Assembly (NCBI GenBank): GCA_050331455.1 | Contig: JBHJGV010000058.1 | Span: 7,324-71,323 of the forward strand | DNA length: 64,000 nt | Source of the DNA: Alphaproteobacteria bacterium | GTDB taxonomy: Bacteria > Pseudomonadota > Alphaproteobacteria > JAJFIK01 | Reading direction: 5' to 3' | In this document: positions 7,994 to 17,011 of the stretch, in pieces | How the letters are laid out: each line of letters starts with the position of its first letter | Numbering within the stretch: the stretch's first letter is position 1 | The notes under the pieces: generated by a model | The model's database searches: none | What the model saw: only the letters and a program-made list of their open reading frames with translations | Told to the model about the DNA's origin: nothing | Program-made: the position numbers and the translations under genes

Positions 7994-9304
7994 GTGGACA
8001 GCCAGGGATTTGCCCTTATCGCCTTTACGATTCTGGCCTTCGCCCTCGTCTCGGGCCGGGCGGACCGCTTTGCGATCACCCCGCCCATGGTCTTCGCTCT
8101 GTTCGGGCTTGCAGCGGGCGCGCAAGGCTTGGGGCTGATCGACCTTTCAGTCGATCACGCGGCCATTCATCTGCTTGCGGAAATCACACTGATCATCGTT
8201 CTGTTCACGGATGCGGCGCGCATCGATTTCCGGAAACTCAGGTCCGACTACAAAATCCCCATGCGTATGCTGATCATTGGTATGCCGCTGACCATCCTTG
8301 CCGGACTGCTGATGGCCCTGCCCTTGTTCCCGGGCTTCAGCCTTTGGGAAGCGGCCTTGCTGGCGGCGATTCTGACACCGACGGATGCCGCCCTCGGCCA
8401 GTCCGTGGTGACCAGTCCGGCCGTGCCGGCGCGCATTCGCCAGGCGCTCAATGTGGAAAGCGGCCTGAATGACGGCATTGCGCTGCCGGTGATCATTCTG
8501 TTTCTTTGCCTTGCCGTCATGGGCCAGCACGATGCACCGGAGGTGCCCTTTCTGGTCTTCGGCCTGATGCAGATCACCCTCGGTCCCCTGGTCGGCGCAG
8601 GCGTCGGGTTTGCCGGGGGCTGGCTGCTGGAGCGTTCCATCGACCGGGCCCTGATGGCGGAGGCGTTCCAGGGCGTTGCCGCCATCGCGCTGGCGCTCCT
8701 CGCCTATGGCGCGGCCGAACTTGCCGGCGGCAACGGCTTCATTGCCGCCTTTGTGGCGGGCCTTACTCTTGGCAACACGACACATCACTGTCCGAAATTT
8801 GTGCTGGAATTCGCCGAAGCCGAGGGGCAGCTTCTGGCGCTGTTCGTCTTCATGATCTTCGGAGCGGTGCTGGTGCCGGACCTGATGGGCGCGCTGACCT
8901 GGCCCGCAGTGCTCTACGCCGTGCTTGCGTTGACGATCATGCGCATGGTTCCTGTGGCCTTCAGCCTCATCGGCACCCGCCTGTGGGCGCCGACGGTCCT
9001 GTTCCTGGGCTGGTTCGGCCCGCGGGGCCTCGCCTCCATTTTGTTCGCACTTGTGGTTCTCGACGAGGGCATGGGCGCGCAGATGACGGGCCCCATGGGA
9101 GAAATGGGCGTAAGCGCCGCCCGGGAGATCATCGTCGTAACCATCCTGACAGTGGCCCTGTCTATTTTGGCCCACGGCTTGACGGCAGCCCCCTTCTCGG
9201 CGCTTTACGGCCGGAGTGTCTCGGCCCGGAAGGATGGCGCGGTTTCAACCGAGATGCAGCCGAGCAGCGACCTGCCGACCCGATACGGAAGGCGGCAAGG
9301 CTAA
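7994..9304 (+). CDS. Cation:proton antiporter (CPA1 / NhaP-type Na+/H+ exchanger). The track ORF starts at 7829 (TTG); the likely start is the GTG at 7994.
   Basis: LAEITLIIVLFTDAARIDFRKL and multiple TM helices typical of the Na_H_Exchanger family. GGGAAGGA RBS 5 nt before the GTG. Confidence 0.8.
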   Translation: MDSQGFALIAFTILAFALVSGRADRFAITPPMVFALFGLAAGAQGLGLIDLSVDHAAIHLLAEITLIIVLFTDAARIDFRKLRSDYKIPMRMLIIGMPLTILAGLLMALPLFPGFSLWEAALLAAILTPTDAALGQSVVTSPAVPARIRQALNVESGLNDGIALPVIILFLCLAVMGQHDAPEVPFLVFGLMQITLGPLVGAGVGFAGGWLLERSIDRALMAEAFQGVAAIALALLAYGAAELAGGNGFIAAFVAGLTLGNTTHHCPKFVLEFAEAEGQLLALFVFMIFGAVLVPDLMGALTWPAVLYAVLALTIMRMVPVAFSLIGTRLWAPTVLFLGWFGPRGLASILFALVVLDEGMGAQMTGPMGEMGVSAAREIIVVTILTVALSILAHGLTAAPFSALYGRSVSARKDGAVSTEMQPSSDLPTRYGRRQG

Positions 9305-9351
9305 CGGGCGGAACCGTCTTGCGGCCGCCGGACCATTGAGGATTGGGTGTG

Positions 9352-10038
9352 ATGGACGGACTGGGGTTCAGTTGGGATTTCCTACTCACGGCGACGGTGA
9401 CGCTGTTCGTGGTCGTCGACCCCCTGGGCGTGATCCCGATTTTCGCGTCGCTGACTGCGGGCACGTCCTTTCGCCACCGGATCTCCATGGCGGTGCGGGC
9501 AGTTTTCATTGCGACCGTCGTGATGGCCCTGTTCGCCCTGTTCGGGGAAGTGCTCATCACCCGGATCGGCATTGGCATGCCTGCTTTTCGCACGGCCGGC
9601 GGGATCCTTCTGTTTTTGATCGGTCTCGAGATGGTCTTTGAACGCCGCACGCGCCGGCGCACCATCGCCGCGGAAAAAAGCCTCGCTGAACACGAACTGG
9701 ACAGTCTGTACGATCAGCGGCCGGAGGACATCTCCGTGTTCCCCCTCGCCCTGCCATTGCTGGCCGGTCCGGGGGCCATGGCGTCGATCCTTCTCCTGAT
9801 GAGCGAGAACCAGGGTATGCTCGGCGCCCAGGCCACGGTGCTGGCCGGTCTCGTCATTGTGATGATGGTGACCCTCGTGCTCCTGATTTCCGCCGGACCG
9901 CTGCTTGATTATGCGGGGGAGACCGCATCGATCGTGATCACGCGGGTGATGGGCATGATCCTGGCGGCCCTATCCGTGCAATATGTCTTTGACGGACTTC
10001 AATCGGGATTGGGGCTCGGCGCCGCGCCGGGCACATAG
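9352..10038 (+). CDS. marC: MarC-family (UPF0056/NAAT) integral membrane protein
   Basis: N-terminus ...TLFVVVDPLGVIPIFASLT characteristic of the MarC family. Six TM helices. Confidence 0.8.
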   Translation: MDGLGFSWDFLLTATVTLFVVVDPLGVIPIFASLTAGTSFRHRISMAVRAVFIATVVMALFALFGEVLITRIGIGMPAFRTAGGILLFLIGLEMVFERRTRRRTIAAEKSLAEHELDSLYDQRPEDISVFPLALPLLAGPGAMASILLLMSENQGMLGAQATVLAGLVIVMMVTLVLLISAGPLLDYAGETASIVITRVMGMILAALSVQYVFDGLQSGLGLGAAPGT

Positions 10039-10050
10039 GGTGAATATAGA

Positions 10051-10578
10051 GTGACGAGGCAGGAGCATGGCCCGAACCAGGCCCCGTTGAACCCGCGGCG
10101 AGGCGCGCCAGCGAGCCATGAATTGGCGGACTGCGTGTGCTTCAACCTGCGCAAGGCCAGTCGCGCCGTCACCCAGCTCTACGATTCCGTCCTCGCCGGT
10201 CACAATCTGCGGATTACCCAGTTTTCGATCCTCGGCGTGCTCCTGGCCTATGGCCGGCCGCGCCGGATGAGCGACCTCGCCCGGGACCTCGTCATGGACC
10301 GCACGACCCTGACCCGCAATCTGCGGCCCCTCGAACGCTCCGGCTATTTGCGCGTTCTCGCCGGAACCGACAAGCGAGAACGCCTCGCGGAACTTACGCC
10401 GGAAGGGCGCGCCTTGATCGAGGCGCTCCTGCCCTTGTGGCGCGAAGCCCAGGCCAAAGCCCGGGCCCTGCTTGGCGAAGAGCGGTGGCCGGACATTCGA
10501 TCCGACCTCACCGATTTCGTCTATCGCAGCCAGGCGGCGGCTGCAGCCCAAAGAAATGACAGCGATACCGGCCGTTGA
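10051..10578 (+). CDS. MarR-family transcriptional regulator
   Basis: Winged-HTH region ITQFSILGVLLAYGRPRRMSDLARDLVMDRTTLTRNLRPLERSGYLRV typical of MarR. GTG start. Confidence 0.8.
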   Translation: MTRQEHGPNQAPLNPRRGAPASHELADCVCFNLRKASRAVTQLYDSVLAGHNLRITQFSILGVLLAYGRPRRMSDLARDLVMDRTTLTRNLRPLERSGYLRVLAGTDKRERLAELTPEGRALIEALLPLWREAQAKARALLGEERWPDIRSDLTDFVYRSQAAAAAQRNDSDTGR

Positions 10579-10698
10579 CACGCCCATGCCGGGTGGATGG
10601 ATCATCCGCCTCGAAGACCTGACCGCCCATGGCACAAGCCCCGCCCATGAGCACGGCCCGCTGTGACGGGAGCGGCCTCGCGCGGCGGGCTCATGAGC

Positions 10699-10737
10699 CA
10701 AAAAAAACAGCGCGCCGAGAAGGCACGCTGTTTGTTC
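10699..10737. terminator. Putative bidirectional terminator between marR (+) and the beta-barrel outer-membrane protein gene (-)
   Basis: AAAAAAAA ACAGCGCGCC gagaa GGCACGCTGT TTGTTCT: 10-bp stem with one mismatch, flanked by an A-run and a T-rich tract. Confidence 0.45.
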
Positions 10738-10774
10738 TCGCAAGAGCCGCTCGCGCGGCGGAATGCAGCCCGGC

Positions 10775-12184
10775 TTAACGCTGAAGCAGGACGTTGAAGC
10801 CGATCTGGTGCTGGGAGAACGTCTCGTTCGGCTGGTTCGATTCCCGTGAGTTGTAGACATAACCCAATTGGGCCCGTGCACTCCGGTTGATCAGGAAATT
10901 GCCCGAAACACCACCGGTGAACACTTCGTCTTCCCGGTTCGTGCCTTCGAAATTGCTGTCCCGATAGGCCGCATCGCCGGAAATGATAATGTTCCGTGCC
11001 GCTTCGTAATCGACCCCGACCCCGACATTGGAGTCGAAACGGCCGGACGTGTTGGCGAATGCGCCACCGCCCAGAGGCACCTGAACAATGGTATCGACCA
11101 CCTGCCGGTCAGCCGTCACACGGGCCGTCAAGAGAGGTGAAGGGTACCATTCCAGTTCCGCGCCATAGACCACGCCATCGACATCCGCCAAGTTTGCCGC
11201 GTCGTAGCGCTGTTCCAGATATCCGCCGAAGACCTCACCGACCAGCACATTGGTCAGCTCCAGGCGGGCACCCGCGACGACCTGATAGCCGTCGGAGTCA
11301 CGATTGCTGCCCGTCCGGTCCACCGCCTCTTCGAAGCTGCGGGTGTTGTACTCACCACGGACGAACGCCACGTAACCTGGCGAGAAATCGTAACCGATTT
11401 CACCGCTGACCCGAACGATGGTCTGGTTCCGGTCGTCGTTGTTCAGGACGCCGTCATTGGCGACGCCGCCGAAATTCACGTCCTGACCGTCCGCGGCCGA
11501 TCCGACGGGCACTTCGGATTCTTCGAAGCGGAGCACGTCGACCTCGGCCCCGATGCCGTAGCGGATGCGATTGAGCTGGGAGTCCCACCGGGCGCCGGCG
11601 CTGTAGGTATCGAACTGGATCCGCTCGGCGGCAGCGATCAGCGCTTCGGGTTCACCCCGACCTTCATGCTGGGTGCGCGCGCCGGCGAAAAACCGGAAGG
11701 CCGAGGAGCCGGGGCGATTATTCTGCGGACCGACATCAAGTCGGCCCTGAATGGAAATGTCCGGGTCGGTCGTGTTTTCCGACGCTTCTTCGAAAAGGAA
11801 GCGGCTGCGCGCGCCAGCCGTCGCTACCACCTGGTGGCGAGACCAGTTGGAGACCAGGGTCACGCGTGGCGCGATGCCGTAGAAAAAATCGCTTTCTTCG
11901 TCATTCGCCTGAAACACGTTGCTGTCGAAACCGATGCCGGCTTCGACGGACGGAAAGAGCGTGAAAGAGCCGAGGCGCAGGCCCAGCGCATCATATTCCG
12001 GGCGGGACCGGCGGGCGACGGATTGGTTACTCAGGGGTTCGCGAAGGAAGGTGCTGCCCGCGCCGGAGGGGTTACCGCCTCCAGTGCCCTGGGCGTAGGC
12101 GGTGCCCATGAAGTCACCCGCAATCAGACACATGCCCGTGGAGAGTGCCGCCACGGCCACGGCACGATTCAAAACTCTGGACAT
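10775..12184 (-). CDS. Outer-membrane beta-barrel protein, signal peptide plus beta-barrel, function unknown. The track ORF extends to 12262.
   Basis: N-terminal signal peptide MSRVLNRAVAVAALSTGMCLIAGDFMGTAYAQG. Alternating amphipathic beta-strand pattern rich in G, Y, N and D. GGAGTGGAG RBS. Adjacent to a polysaccharide-export gene. Confidence 0.6.
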   Translation of the reverse strand: MSRVLNRAVAVAALSTGMCLIAGDFMGTAYAQGTGGGNPSGAGSTFLREPLSNQSVARRSRPEYDALGLRLGSFTLFPSVEAGIGFDSNVFQANDEESDFFYGIAPRVTLVSNWSRHQVVATAGARSRFLFEEASENTTDPDISIQGRLDVGPQNNRPGSSAFRFFAGARTQHEGRGEPEALIAAAERIQFDTYSAGARWDSQLNRIRYGIGAEVDVLRFEESEVPVGSAADGQDVNFGGVANDGVLNNDDRNQTIVRVSGEIGYDFSPGYVAFVRGEYNTRSFEEAVDRTGSNRDSDGYQVVAGARLELTNVLVGEVFGGYLEQRYDAANLADVDGVVYGAELEWYPSPLLTARVTADRQVVDTIVQVPLGGGAFANTSGRFDSNVGVGVDYEAARNIIISGDAAYRDSNFEGTNREDEVFTGGVSGNFLINRSARAQLGYVYNSRESNQPNETFSQHQIGFNVLLQR

Positions 12185-12728
12185 CTCCACTCCGTACTCC
12201 TCACGGTTCCGATCAACACCTCTTTTGCGGGGCTCGCTCGCATGCCGATCGCGTAAACACATTCAATAGACGCTCTATTCTCAGTCAACTGACCTGTGGC
12301 AACCGCCACTCGGCAACCGATGTTGGCTGCCCGACATTTGGTGTCACGAGATCGGCAAACAGCATGCGCACGGGGCTCTTGGCCGATCTAACACCTTTTT
12401 TTAACCCGGTTTTCGACAGATCGGCCACCGGTTTTCGGAGGGATCTGCCAAATTGACGGCCTGTCTGCACCAATCAATGCAGTAAATCCGGCGCATCCAC
12501 GTCGGCGACGCGGACCCAGCCGTGACCATCTGGACTGCACCGGCGCCGCCGAAGGTTGTGGGCCGCTGCGACAGCTCCTCTCGCCGCAGGGTTTTATCGA
12601 ACTCTTAAGCGAATCGCAATCCTGATGCGGCCCCGGCGCGACTTGTAATAAACGGGACCGGGGGTTGGCCCTGTGGCCTTAAAGACACGGCATGCCGGCT
12701 GTCTCAAAGAAACACACTGAAACGTCTC

Positions 12729-12764
12729 AAAATAAAGCAAATCCCGGACGGAGACCGTCCGGGA
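12729..12764 (-). terminator. Rho-independent terminator of the polysaccharide-export gene
   Basis: Minus-strand CCCGGACGG tctc CCGTCCGGG followed by ATTTGCTTTATTTT. Confidence 0.55.
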
Positions 12765-12807
12765 CTGCGAGATCATCTATAGAAGGAGAACCCGCGGAGC
12801 GGACACG

Positions 12808-13395
12808 TCAGAACAGACGCTCTGGAATACGCAGGACATCGCCGGGCATCACTTTGAGGTCCGAATTGGCGGGCACTTCGATTTCTTCGGCGTGCACTTC
12901 CGGGCGCAGCACGAACACCTTTCGGCGATTGGCGCGGTAGGTGTAGCCGCCCGCGGTCGAAACCGCCTTGAGGATGGTCATGTTGGGCTCGAAGGGATAC
13001 TGGCCCGCCTCGTTCACTTCACCATTGATGAAAAACGGGCGGTAATTCGTGACTTCGATGCTGACCTTCGGATTGATCAGGTAGCCATCCGCGTAGCGTG
13101 CCTCGACGGCACTCTCAAACTCCCGCAGCGACAGGTTGCCGGCGAGCACTTCCCCGATCAGGGGCAACGCAACGAAACCCGTGCTGTCCACCTGATATTC
13201 ACCGGAGAGATCGTCTTCTCCAAAGACCGTCACCCGCACCCGGTCATTCGGGCCGAGCTCATACTCGGCAAGAGAGGACATCTCAAGGGCTGCAATAATA
13301 TCGTCCTGGGCCCATGCCGCCCGGGACCCCATCATTCCGACGAGGACCAGGACCATGGCGAGGGGCGCCCACATACCCAACCGTCCGATTTTCAT
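12808..13395 (-). CDS. Polysaccharide biosynthesis/export protein (Wza/GumB-like, Poly_export plus SLBB). The track ORF extends to 13608.
   Basis: Signal peptide MKIGRLGMWAPLAMVLVLVGMMGSRAAWAQ. YELGPNDRVRVTVFGEDDLSGEYQVDSTGFVALPLIGEV and LINPKVSIEV are typical of the Poly_export domain. Confidence 0.8.
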   Translation of the reverse strand: MKIGRLGMWAPLAMVLVLVGMMGSRAAWAQDDIIAALEMSSLAEYELGPNDRVRVTVFGEDDLSGEYQVDSTGFVALPLIGEVLAGNLSLREFESAVEARYADGYLINPKVSIEVTNYRPFFINGEVNEAGQYPFEPNMTILKAVSTAGGYTYRANRRKVFVLRPEVHAEEIEVPANSDLKVMPGDVLRIPERLF

Positions 13396-13965
13396 GCCTG
13401 CACTCTCCATTTTCGTCACAGACCCAATTCCAAGGGATTTATCCGTCCAGCCCGCGCTTTTCGGCGCGCCTGCCGTGTTGCCTGACGTCAGCCCACCGCG
13501 ATCCGCACCGGCACGTCCATGGCGATCCGGCGCCGAAGCGGATGTCGCGATCCCGTTCCGCGCCCTGCCAAATCGAGGGCGATCACGTCCCGCATGGGCA
13601 CGTCCCACATCTGCGAGATCCCGCTCCGGTCGCGTTCAGCATGCCCACCGCGCTGCGAACCAAGGTACTGCAGAACCGCTCGCCGAAAAGCGCGGGCAAG
13701 TCAACGGCGCAGCATGACCAAGGGCCCGTGAACGGGACTGCACCGGCACAGCCGCATCGACAGGGATGGGACATCCGCCCTCCCCCCTTTTACGACCGCC
13801 TCGCACCGATTATGCCAATCCCGTGAGATGCAGTGCGGCCACAATAGGGGAGCGGTTTGCATCGCACCGCTTGTCATCATGCCCGAACGGATGGCGTTTC
13901 TTTGGCAAGAGGGTTCTTTCATTAAGGCAGGCCCATGAAACCCGGCCGGCACGTGGAGAAGTGAC

Positions 13966-15114
13966 TTGGAGGCAAAACGCATCGCGGCATTGATGTCCCG
14001 CCCCGCGTCCTGGGAGGAGGGGGAGGCTGCCCGGGCGTTACAGGCCGGGCTGGCCGAGCGCGGGCATGACGTCACCTTCGTCGTGATGCGCACCGGCGAC
14101 GAGGATGTGGAGTTCTTCCCGGACTCCACGGTCATCGCCCTCGACGGCGCCGGCGGCCAGCCCCGCCGAAGCCTGGGGCAGGCCCTGCGCCAGATCGATC
14201 CCGACGTGGTGATCACCCTGGATGCCGCCGCCCATGTTCCGGGCCAGTGGGGAGCGTGGCGCGCCGGTATCGGCCGGCGCATTGCAGCCCATCTTCTCTC
14301 GGGCCCCTCCGCCTCGCCGGTTCACCGGATCGGAGATCTCTTGGCCGGATCCTTTGGCCTCTACACAACGGTCGTGACCCCGAGCCACGCCCAGTTCGAC
14401 GCCTTCGGCAACCACCCGCGCAGCTACCGCAAGCGGATCCATGTCATCGCGCCGGGGCTGACCGTGCGGGTGGATGAGCGCACCCGGAAGGACGCCCGCC
14501 GGGACCTGGACCTGCCCGCCGGCGGGCGCATCACCATGGCCTGCGGGCCCTTCACGGCCGAACGAAGCCTCGCCATACCCATTGCCGCTCTTGAGGCATG
14601 CCCCAAAGTGCTGCTCATCCTGGCGGGGGACGGGCCGGACCGGGCGCAACTCGAAGCCCAGATCCGTGCGGCCCGGCTCGCCAGCCGGGTGCGCCTTGTG
14701 CCCATGGGCGATGAAAGACGGCTCCGGGCTCTCATGCGCGCCAGTGACCTCTATCTCGACGCCGGCGCCGCCGACGCCACCAGCGTCGCCCGCATGACCA
14801 CCGCCATGGCCACGGGGCTGCCCATCATCGCCAGCGATACGCCGGCCCATGTGGAACTGCTCAGCGATGCCGCGGGACACCGCGCGGGCCTCCTGGTGCC
14901 GACCGGTCAACGCGCCGATGCGCCGGCCCTGTGGGCCCGGGCCATGGGCGAACTGCTGGGGGAGGTCCATCTGCGCCACCGGCTCGGCCGAGCGGCCGTT
15001 CAGCGGGCGGCGGAGTTTTCGGCCGGGCGCATGGCCGAACGCTATGAGCGCCTTTTTGCAAGCGCCCCCCACAAGGCCGCTGCGCCACCCGCAAAGATCG
15101 ACGAAAGCCCGTGA
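13966..15114 (+). CDS. Glycosyltransferase family 4 (GT1 fold)
   Basis: C-terminal motif LLILAGDGPDRAQLEAQ...SDLYLDAGAADATSVARMTTAMATGLPIIASD typical of GT4. TTG start in the track. Confidence 0.8.
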   Translation: MEAKRIAALMSRPASWEEGEAARALQAGLAERGHDVTFVVMRTGDEDVEFFPDSTVIALDGAGGQPRRSLGQALRQIDPDVVITLDAAAHVPGQWGAWRAGIGRRIAAHLLSGPSASPVHRIGDLLAGSFGLYTTVVTPSHAQFDAFGNHPRSYRKRIHVIAPGLTVRVDERTRKDARRDLDLPAGGRITMACGPFTAERSLAIPIAALEACPKVLLILAGDGPDRAQLEAQIRAARLASRVRLVPMGDERRLRALMRASDLYLDAGAADATSVARMTTAMATGLPIIASDTPAHVELLSDAAGHRAGLLVPTGQRADAPALWARAMGELLGEVHLRHRLGRAAVQRAAEFSAGRMAERYERLFASAPHKAAAPPAKIDESP

Positions 15115-15253
15115 TGCGGCACGCGGCAGACGGCCCCGTCACCTGGCAATAGCGACATTGTGTTCGGTGGATCCGTCGGGTAGACAACCACGCCAGGACA
15201 AAGGCGCCCCATCGGGGCTTGAACGCTGCCGGCGGCGGCGCGCATGAGGGGAG

Positions 15254-16141
15254 ATGTGGACTATGGGTGTCGCACCGATCAGGAAAGTCGTTCTGCCCGT
15301 CGCGGGCCTTGGCACGCGCGTGTTGCCGGCGACCAAAAGCATCCCCAAGGAAATGCTGACAGTGGTCGACCGTCCCCTGATCGATTACGCCATCGAGGAA
15401 GCCCGCGAGGCCGGCATCGAGGAATTCATTTTCGTCACGGGCCGGGCCAAGGAAGCCATCGAAAATTATTTCGACCACATGTACGAGCTTGAGGACACGC
15501 TTGAGCGTAAGAAGAAGACCAAGCAGATCGATGCCCTGGCCAAGACCGTGCCGCTCGCCGGCAATGCCGTCTTCACCCGTCAGCAAAAGCCCCTCGGCCT
15601 CGGCCATGCCATCTGGTGCGCCCGTCATATCGTGGGCAACGAACCCTTCGCCATCAGCCTGCCGGACATGCTGGTGGATGCCCAGCCCTCCGGCCTCGCC
15701 CAACTTGTGAAGGCCTACAACGACTCCGACGGCGCCAATATCATCGCGGTGGAGGAAGTGCCCCAGGAGCATACAGACCGATACGGCATCATCGATACCG
15801 GCGAGACACGGGATGGGCTCATCGAGATCAAGGGCCTCGTTGAAAAGCCGGCGCCCGACAAGGCCCCCTCGAACCTCGCCATCCTGGGCCGCTACATCCT
15901 CCGCCCGGAAATCTTCTCGTTCCTGGAAGACCAGAAGCCCGGTGCCGGAAATGAAATTCAGCTCACCGACGCCATGGCCCGGATGATCGGCAACAGCCCC
16001 TTCTATGGCGCCCATTACGAGGGCACGACCTATGACTGCGGCGACAAATTCGGCTATCTGGAAGCCAATATCGGCGTGGGTCTGAAGCACGCGGACCTGG
16101 GCGACAAGGTAAAGGACCTCGTAAAGCGTCTGGCCCAATAA
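15254..16141 (+). CDS. galU: UTP--glucose-1-phosphate uridylyltransferase
   Basis: KVVLPVAGLGTRVLPATKSIPKEMLTVVDRPLIDYAIEEA is the GalU signature. Confidence 0.9.
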   Translation: MWTMGVAPIRKVVLPVAGLGTRVLPATKSIPKEMLTVVDRPLIDYAIEEAREAGIEEFIFVTGRAKEAIENYFDHMYELEDTLERKKKTKQIDALAKTVPLAGNAVFTRQQKPLGLGHAIWCARHIVGNEPFAISLPDMLVDAQPSGLAQLVKAYNDSDGANIIAVEEVPQEHTDRYGIIDTGETRDGLIEIKGLVEKPAPDKAPSNLAILGRYILRPEIFSFLEDQKPGAGNEIQLTDAMARMIGNSPFYGAHYEGTTYDCGDKFGYLEANIGVGLKHADLGDKVKDLVKRLAQ

Positions 16142-16225
16142 TCGGGCTCATGTCATCGGCGGGGTCGGTGGGCCGACACGCTCGCGCCTCGACGCGATCA
16201 TATTTGGATGCGATCCATCCGGACC

Positions 16226-16258
16226 AAAGCCCCGCACACCGTGCGGGGCTTTGGTTTG
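16226..16258. terminator. Bidirectional rho-independent terminator between galU (+) and a minus-strand hypothetical gene
   Basis: AAAGCCCCGCAC acc GTGCGGGGCTTT, a perfect 12-bp stem, followed by GGTTTGG. Confidence 0.55.
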
Positions 16259-16294
16259 GGCTTCACGTGTTTGTTTCAAGCGTTGGGCCGCGGG

Positions 16295-16738
16295 TCACAG
16301 GCTGGCGATAAAGGCCACCGCCGCGACGAAGATGACCATGGCAACCGCGGTGCCAACCCAGTCGAACGGCTCGCTCACGTTGAAATCCGTGACTGGCTCG
16401 CGCAGGGGCTGGCGGGTCTTGACGCCCCTGGCCTTGACGAAAACCTCCGTCAGGTGCCACTGCATTTTCTGTAAACGGAAATAAGCGTCCCGGGGCTCGC
16501 CCTTCTTGACCAGGGAAAACCGCCCATGGGTGATGGTCTTGCGGCGGAGCTTTCCAGGCTTGTCGGGGCGATGGCCTTCGAAGGACAGGCGGACGAATTT
16601 CGGGGTTTCGTCCAGATTTTCCACCCGGACCTCAAGGCTGGCCCGGACTTCGGAACTCTCCGAGTCGCCGAAATCGCGTTTGCCCCGGCTGGTGCTCACG
16701 GCAAGGCCGAGTGGCGGATCCAGTTGGATGACAGCCAT
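16295..16738 (-). CDS. Hypothetical protein with C-terminal TM anchor (147 aa)
   Basis: ORF with C-terminal hydrophobic helix VGTAVAMVIFVAAVAFIASL. Good codon bias. No confident family assignment. Confidence 0.4.
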   Translation of the reverse strand: MAVIQLDPPLGLAVSTSRGKRDFGDSESSEVRASLEVRVENLDETPKFVRLSFEGHRPDKPGKLRRKTITHGRFSLVKKGEPRDAYFRLQKMQWHLTEVFVKARGVKTRQPLREPVTDFNVSEPFDWVGTAVAMVIFVAAVAFIASL

Positions 16739-17011
16739 GGCATACCCTCCTGTCCACCCTGGCCGTGGGATGGTAAATCCGCCGGGTCACGGGATCACGT
16801 TACCGATCCCGAAGATGCGGGGCGCGCGCCCGACACGCCCATGGCCGTCGCGCCGGCGCCCCGATTGCCGTGCTTGCCTCCGAACGCCGTGTCGGCCTCG
16901 TCGAGGTCGATGCTGTCGCCGAAATCCCCTCTTTCCTCCACGCCGGAGATGGACGGACAGGTTAACAATCGCGTCACATCCGGGCGCAGCGGAGTCCGCC
17001 GCGTCCTCCCG

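Noticed and set aside
14038-16138. Two long minus-strand ORFs (14038..15072, 14861..16138)
   Set aside because: Antisense to the GT4 and galU genes. No domains. G/R/A/P-rich.
16295-16738. Possible PilZ domain in the 147-aa hypothetical protein
   Set aside because: The RxxxR and D/NxSxxG motifs could not be placed convincingly. Left as hypothetical.
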